A DNA stretch of 63,067 nucleotides, the filler included, from Anaerolineae bacterium (GTDB lineage Bacteria > Chloroflexota > Anaerolineae > Epilineales > Epilineaceae): the NCBI GenBank assembly GCA_029262755.1. It is 8 parts of 8 records of this genome, joined end to end, with 100 filler letters (N's around TTAATTAATTAA, not from the genome) between each part and the next. Parts side by side here need not be neighbours in the genome. Positions count along the whole stretch, not along the records: positions 59,678 to 63,067 come from JAJCYU010000360.1; 7 more parts are not named here. One strand, 5' to 3'. The notes below the pieces were generated by a model, which had not been told where the DNA came from, made no database searches, and saw only the letters and a program-made list of their open reading frames with translations. Positions 59,946-63,067 of the stretch are shown here, in pieces (positions within the stretch are counted from its first letter, which is position 1; each line of letters opens with the position of its first letter). The translations under genes were made by a program, and so were the position numbers.

Positions 59946-60554
59946 TTGGCGAACAACCGACTCCTCCGGCTCTTCCCGCTGCTCGTTCTCTTCGCGCTGC
60001 TGCTCGGGGCGTGCGAGCAGGTCAAAGAGGTCGTGCCCGATGCGATCGAACCTGAACCCAAGCTCGCGGCGGCGAACTTCCACCTGGGGACGGTTACCGC
60101 CGTCGACCCTCAGAACCGCCCCGACTCCGCACAGAAGGCCAACGAAGAAGCCGCCAAAGTCATCGCCCTCATGAACGCCTTCTACTCGGCGGCCTTCCTC
60201 GACCCCGCCAAGTGGGACGGTGGCCGGCACCCCGACCTTGCTCCCCTGTTCACCGCCGAGGCCCAACCCGGGTTGGCGGCCAACCTGACCGGCCTGGCCA
60301 TGTCCGACCTCTCGGACAAGATCGAAAACGTCGAGTCCGGCGTGCAGAACGTCGACCGGCTCACCATGTTCGTCGACGACGACGGCAGCCTGCCGGCGGG
60401 GCTCGCTTCGGTCAGCTTCGAAGCGGTCGCCGAGCCTGCGGACGGCGGCGACGAGGTGACCATCCGCCACGCCGCCAGCTACTGGCTGCAGCGGGAGGGC
60501 GACGGCTACCGGATCTCCGCTTTCACCGCCGACTTGAAAGCAGGCGCCGAGTGA
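59946..60554 (+). CDS. Hypothetical lipoprotein
   Basis: TTG start, basic and hydrophobic leader, lipobox LLGAC; TGATG-coupled to the LCP gene. Confidence 0.75.
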   Translation: MANNRLLRLFPLLVLFALLLGACEQVKEVVPDAIEPEPKLAAANFHLGTVTAVDPQNRPDSAQKANEEAAKVIALMNAFYSAAFLDPAKWDGGRHPDLAPLFTAEAQPGLAANLTGLAMSDLSDKIENVESGVQNVDRLTMFVDDDGSLPAGLASVSFEAVAEPADGGDEVTIRHAASYWLQREGDGYRISAFTADLKAGAE

Positions 60555-61453
60555 TGGCCCACCCCCGCCCCCGGCTCCGCCGGGCCTCAATCTCCGGCGC
60601 CGTTTTGTTCTCGATGGTCATCGGGCTGGTCTGGTGGACCCTGGCGCCCATGTTCGGCCGGGCGGAGGCCGCAGAAACCGTGGGCATCTCCAAGGTGGCG
60701 GGCGCCGATTGGCGCCCCGAACTGGGCGAGCCGCTGTTCATTGCAGTCCTGGGCACCGACGTCCGCAACGGCCCCCCGGGTGGTGGGGGCGGGCGGTGCG
60801 ACGCCATCCACATCGTCGCCATCAACCCGCAACTCAAGGCGGGAACCATCCTGAACTTCCCCCGGGACTCGAAGATCGCCGGTTACACCAAGGTCAACGC
60901 CGCCTGCACGGGTGGGGTCGGCCCCATGGTGCAGGCGTTGCGCAGCGCCACCGGGATACCCATCCAGTACTACGTCACCACCGAGTTCACCCACTTCACC
61001 AATCTGATCAACGACCTGGGCGGGGTGGACGTCAACGTCCCGTACAACATGCGGGACTCGTTCTCCGGTGCCGACTTCCGGCCCGGGGTCATCCGGATGG
61101 ACGGCCGGGCGGCGCTGGCATTCAGCCGCAACCGTTACGACACACCCCGGGGCGATTTCAGCCGGACCGACAACCAGGGCTTGTTCATGCTGGCCTCACT
61201 GGCCAAGTTCCGCGCCGAGGCCGCCGACCCGCATCGCATCTTCGACTACCTGCAGGCCGGGCGGCGCCATCTCAAGACCGATGTGCCGATCCACGAGGCG
61301 ATCAAGTTGTTGATGCTGGCCCGCCAGGTCGACCCGGCGGCGGTCAAGAACATCACCATCAACGGTTCCACCGGCAGTTCGGGGGGCGCCAGCGTGGTGT
61401 TTTTGGCCCCCGGCGACACGTACAACCGAGTCAAGGACGACGGCATCTACTAG
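60554..61453 (+). CDS. LytR-CpsA-Psr (LCP) family cell-wall glycopolymer transferase
   Basis: VLGTD, GRCDAI, FPRDS, KVNAA, LINDLGGVDV, ALAFSRNR, GDFSRTDNQ. Confidence 0.92.
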   Translation: MAHPRPRLRRASISGAVLFSMVIGLVWWTLAPMFGRAEAAETVGISKVAGADWRPELGEPLFIAVLGTDVRNGPPGGGGGRCDAIHIVAINPQLKAGTILNFPRDSKIAGYTKVNAACTGGVGPMVQALRSATGIPIQYYVTTEFTHFTNLINDLGGVDVNVPYNMRDSFSGADFRPGVIRMDGRAALAFSRNRYDTPRGDFSRTDNQGLFMLASLAKFRAEAADPHRIFDYLQAGRRHLKTDVPIHEAIKLLMLARQVDPAAVKNITINGSTGSSGGASVVFLAPGDTYNRVKDDGIY

Positions 61454-61517
61454 CCACCTGACGGCCGCTTTTCGGGTCGCTTGAGTTTGAACGGATCCGG
61501 AGCCAGACTTGCCCTCA

Positions 61518-63067
61518 ATGGACCGGATCGTCACCCCCCGCAGTCGTGGCCCGATCCTGGCATCGGCTTACTACATCACCGCGGTCCTCAGCCTCAGAGC
61601 GGCCCTGGTTCAGGACATAGTCACCCCCATCTGGCCGCCCACCGGGATTGCACTGGTCTGCCTTTTGATCTGGGGCCGCCGGTACTGGCCGTGGGTCACC
61701 TTGGCCGCGCTGCTGGTCAACCTCCCCCGGGTCGGGTCACCCCTGGCCGCCGCCGGGCTGGCCCTGGGCAACACGGTGGCGCCGCTGCTGGCGGTCACGT
61801 TGCTGCAGCGTGTCGGTTTCGATCCGCAGTTCAAACGGATTCGCGACGCCATCTCCCTGGTGGTCCTGGGCGCGCTGGCGAGCATGACGGTGAGCGCGAG
61901 CATCGGGACCGCAGTTCTGCGGTGGTCGGGAGCGATTCCGAGCGGCCGGAGCGCCGAGACGTGGTCGGTGTGGTGGACCGGCGACGCGATCGGGGTCCTG
62001 GTTCTCGCCCCCCTGATCCTCAGCCTGCGCGGGGACATCCGGCCCCTGCTGAGCACGCCGTTGAGGCGCCTGGAGGCCGCAGTCCTGGCGGTCCTGGTGT
62101 TCGGCCTGGCGAGCCGGGTGTTCGAGCAAACCGCCCCCCTCCGCTACCTGGTCTTCCCGCTGCTGGTCTGGGCAGCACTCCGCTTCGGCACCGCGGGCGC
62201 CGGGGTCGCCACCCTGGTGGTGGCCAGCTTTGCGGCGGCCGCGGAGACCGCGGGCACGGATCCGCTCGCCGGGTCCGGGGTGGTGGAGCGCATGTTGACG
62301 CTGCAACTGCTAATCGCCACCGCCGCTCTCACCTCCTTCATACTCGCCACCTCGTGGATCCTTCGCCGGGAGGCGGCGGAGCAACTCCGGACCGAGGCGT
62401 CCCGGCTTGAGTCCGCAGTATCGGATCGGACCGGGGACCTGCAGGAGGCGCTGACGGAACTGGCGGAACGGGAACGGCAACTTAACGACGCCGAGGCCCT
62501 GGCGCACGTCGGTTCGTTCAGCTGGGACCTGGCCACCGACGTCATCGCCTGGTCCGACGAGCTGTTCAAGATCTACGGCCTGGAGAAGCAGGACGCCCGC
62601 CTGGCGTACGAAAAGTACCTGACCCTTCAGCACCCGGCGGACCGGGGGGCGCTGGAGAAGCTGGTCAAAGAGGCGCTGGAGAACGGCACGCCGTACCTGA
62701 TCGATCACCGGGTAATCCGGCCCGACGGCGCGGTCAGGTGGATCCGGGGGCAGGGTCGGGTGGTGATGGGAGACCTCGGCCCGGTCCGGTTGGTCGGGGC
62801 GGCGCAGGACATCACCGAGCAGAAACTGGCCGCTGATCTCCTGCGCGAGAGCGAAGAACGGTTCCGCAGACTGGTCGAGGACGCGCCGGAGGCGATCCTG
62901 GTGGTCGACCTGGACACCGGCAAGTTCGTCGAGGTCAACCGGGAGGGCGAACGCCTGCTGGGCCGCAGCCGAACCGAGTTGACCGAATCGACCTACGTAG
63001 AAGCCAGCGCCCCGATCCAACCGGGCGGCCGCTCCCGGGAGGATGCGGCGGCCGAACTGATCAACCG
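61518..63067 (+). CDS. MASE1 + PAS sensor protein, 3'-truncated
   Basis: Missing from the ORF track because it has no stop. Manual translation gives TPIWPPTGIAL, GNTVAPL, WWTGDAIGVLVLAPL (MASE1); GSFSWDL..WSDELFKIYG, HPADR, HRVIRPDG.VRW, QDITEQK (PAS/PAC); then a second PAS. The output domain lies outside the window. Confidence 0.9.
   Translation, partial: MDRIVTPRSRGPILASAYYITAVLSLRAALVQDIVTPIWPPTGIALVCLLIWGRRYWPWVTLAALLVNLPRVGSPLAAAGLALGNTVAPLLAVTLLQRVGFDPQFKRIRDAISLVVLGALASMTVSASIGTAVLRWSGAIPSGRSAETWSVWWTGDAIGVLVLAPLILSLRGDIRPLLSTPLRRLEAAVLAVLVFGLASRVFEQTAPLRYLVFPLLVWAALRFGTAGAGVATLVVASFAAAAETAGTDPLAGSGVVERMLTLQLLIATAALTSFILATSWILRREAAEQLRTEASRLESAVSDRTGDLQEALTELAERERQLNDAEALAHVGSFSWDLATDVIAWSDELFKIYGLEKQDARLAYEKYLTLQHPADRGALEKLVKEALENGTPYLIDHRVIRPDGAVRWIRGQGRVVMGDLGPVRLVGAAQDITEQKLAADLLRESEERFRRLVEDAPEAILVVDLDTGKFVEVNREGERLLGRSRTELTESTYVEASAPIQPGGRSREDAAAELIN

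Overview
The window is not one locus. It is eight contigs joined by identical 100-nt spacers (44 N + TTAATTAATTAA + 44 N). Contigs 1, 4, 5, 6 and 7 look like one very GC-rich bacterium. Gene content and Pro/Thr-linker surface proteins suggest Chloroflexota, which is an inference. Contig 2 (otsAB, saccharopine-dehydrogenase family) is GC-rich and of uncertain origin. Contig 3 (13261-17387) is AT-rich chemotaxis DNA from a different organism, and contig 8 looks actinobacterial. Housekeeping content includes an OmpR/histidine kinase/HtrA module, fhaA/fhaB-like genes, mtnP, mtnA, metK, lepB, infA, ccm, liv, tsaE-tsaB-rimI and an LCP protein. The most interesting signal is a short shared motif, x-[FW]-[LVM]-P-[IVMF]-A-[LMW], in four otherwise unrelated secreted proteins. 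It sits next to Pro/Thr linkers or directly before a Cys-bracketed VWA domain. Alongside it are tandem glutaminyl cyclases beside a protease predicted to start with Gln, and glycosylation enzymes head-to-head with Thr-rich surface-protein genes. Together these suggest an undescribed surface-protein maturation and attachment system. Other oddities are a CcmA-CcmB fusion, an unannotated 25-aa hydrophobic ORF with RBS and terminator, an in-frame G22 tract, and widespread minisatellite-like loop expansion. No rRNA, tRNA, CRISPR array or transposase was recognised. All family assignments come from reading motifs by eye, not from database searches.
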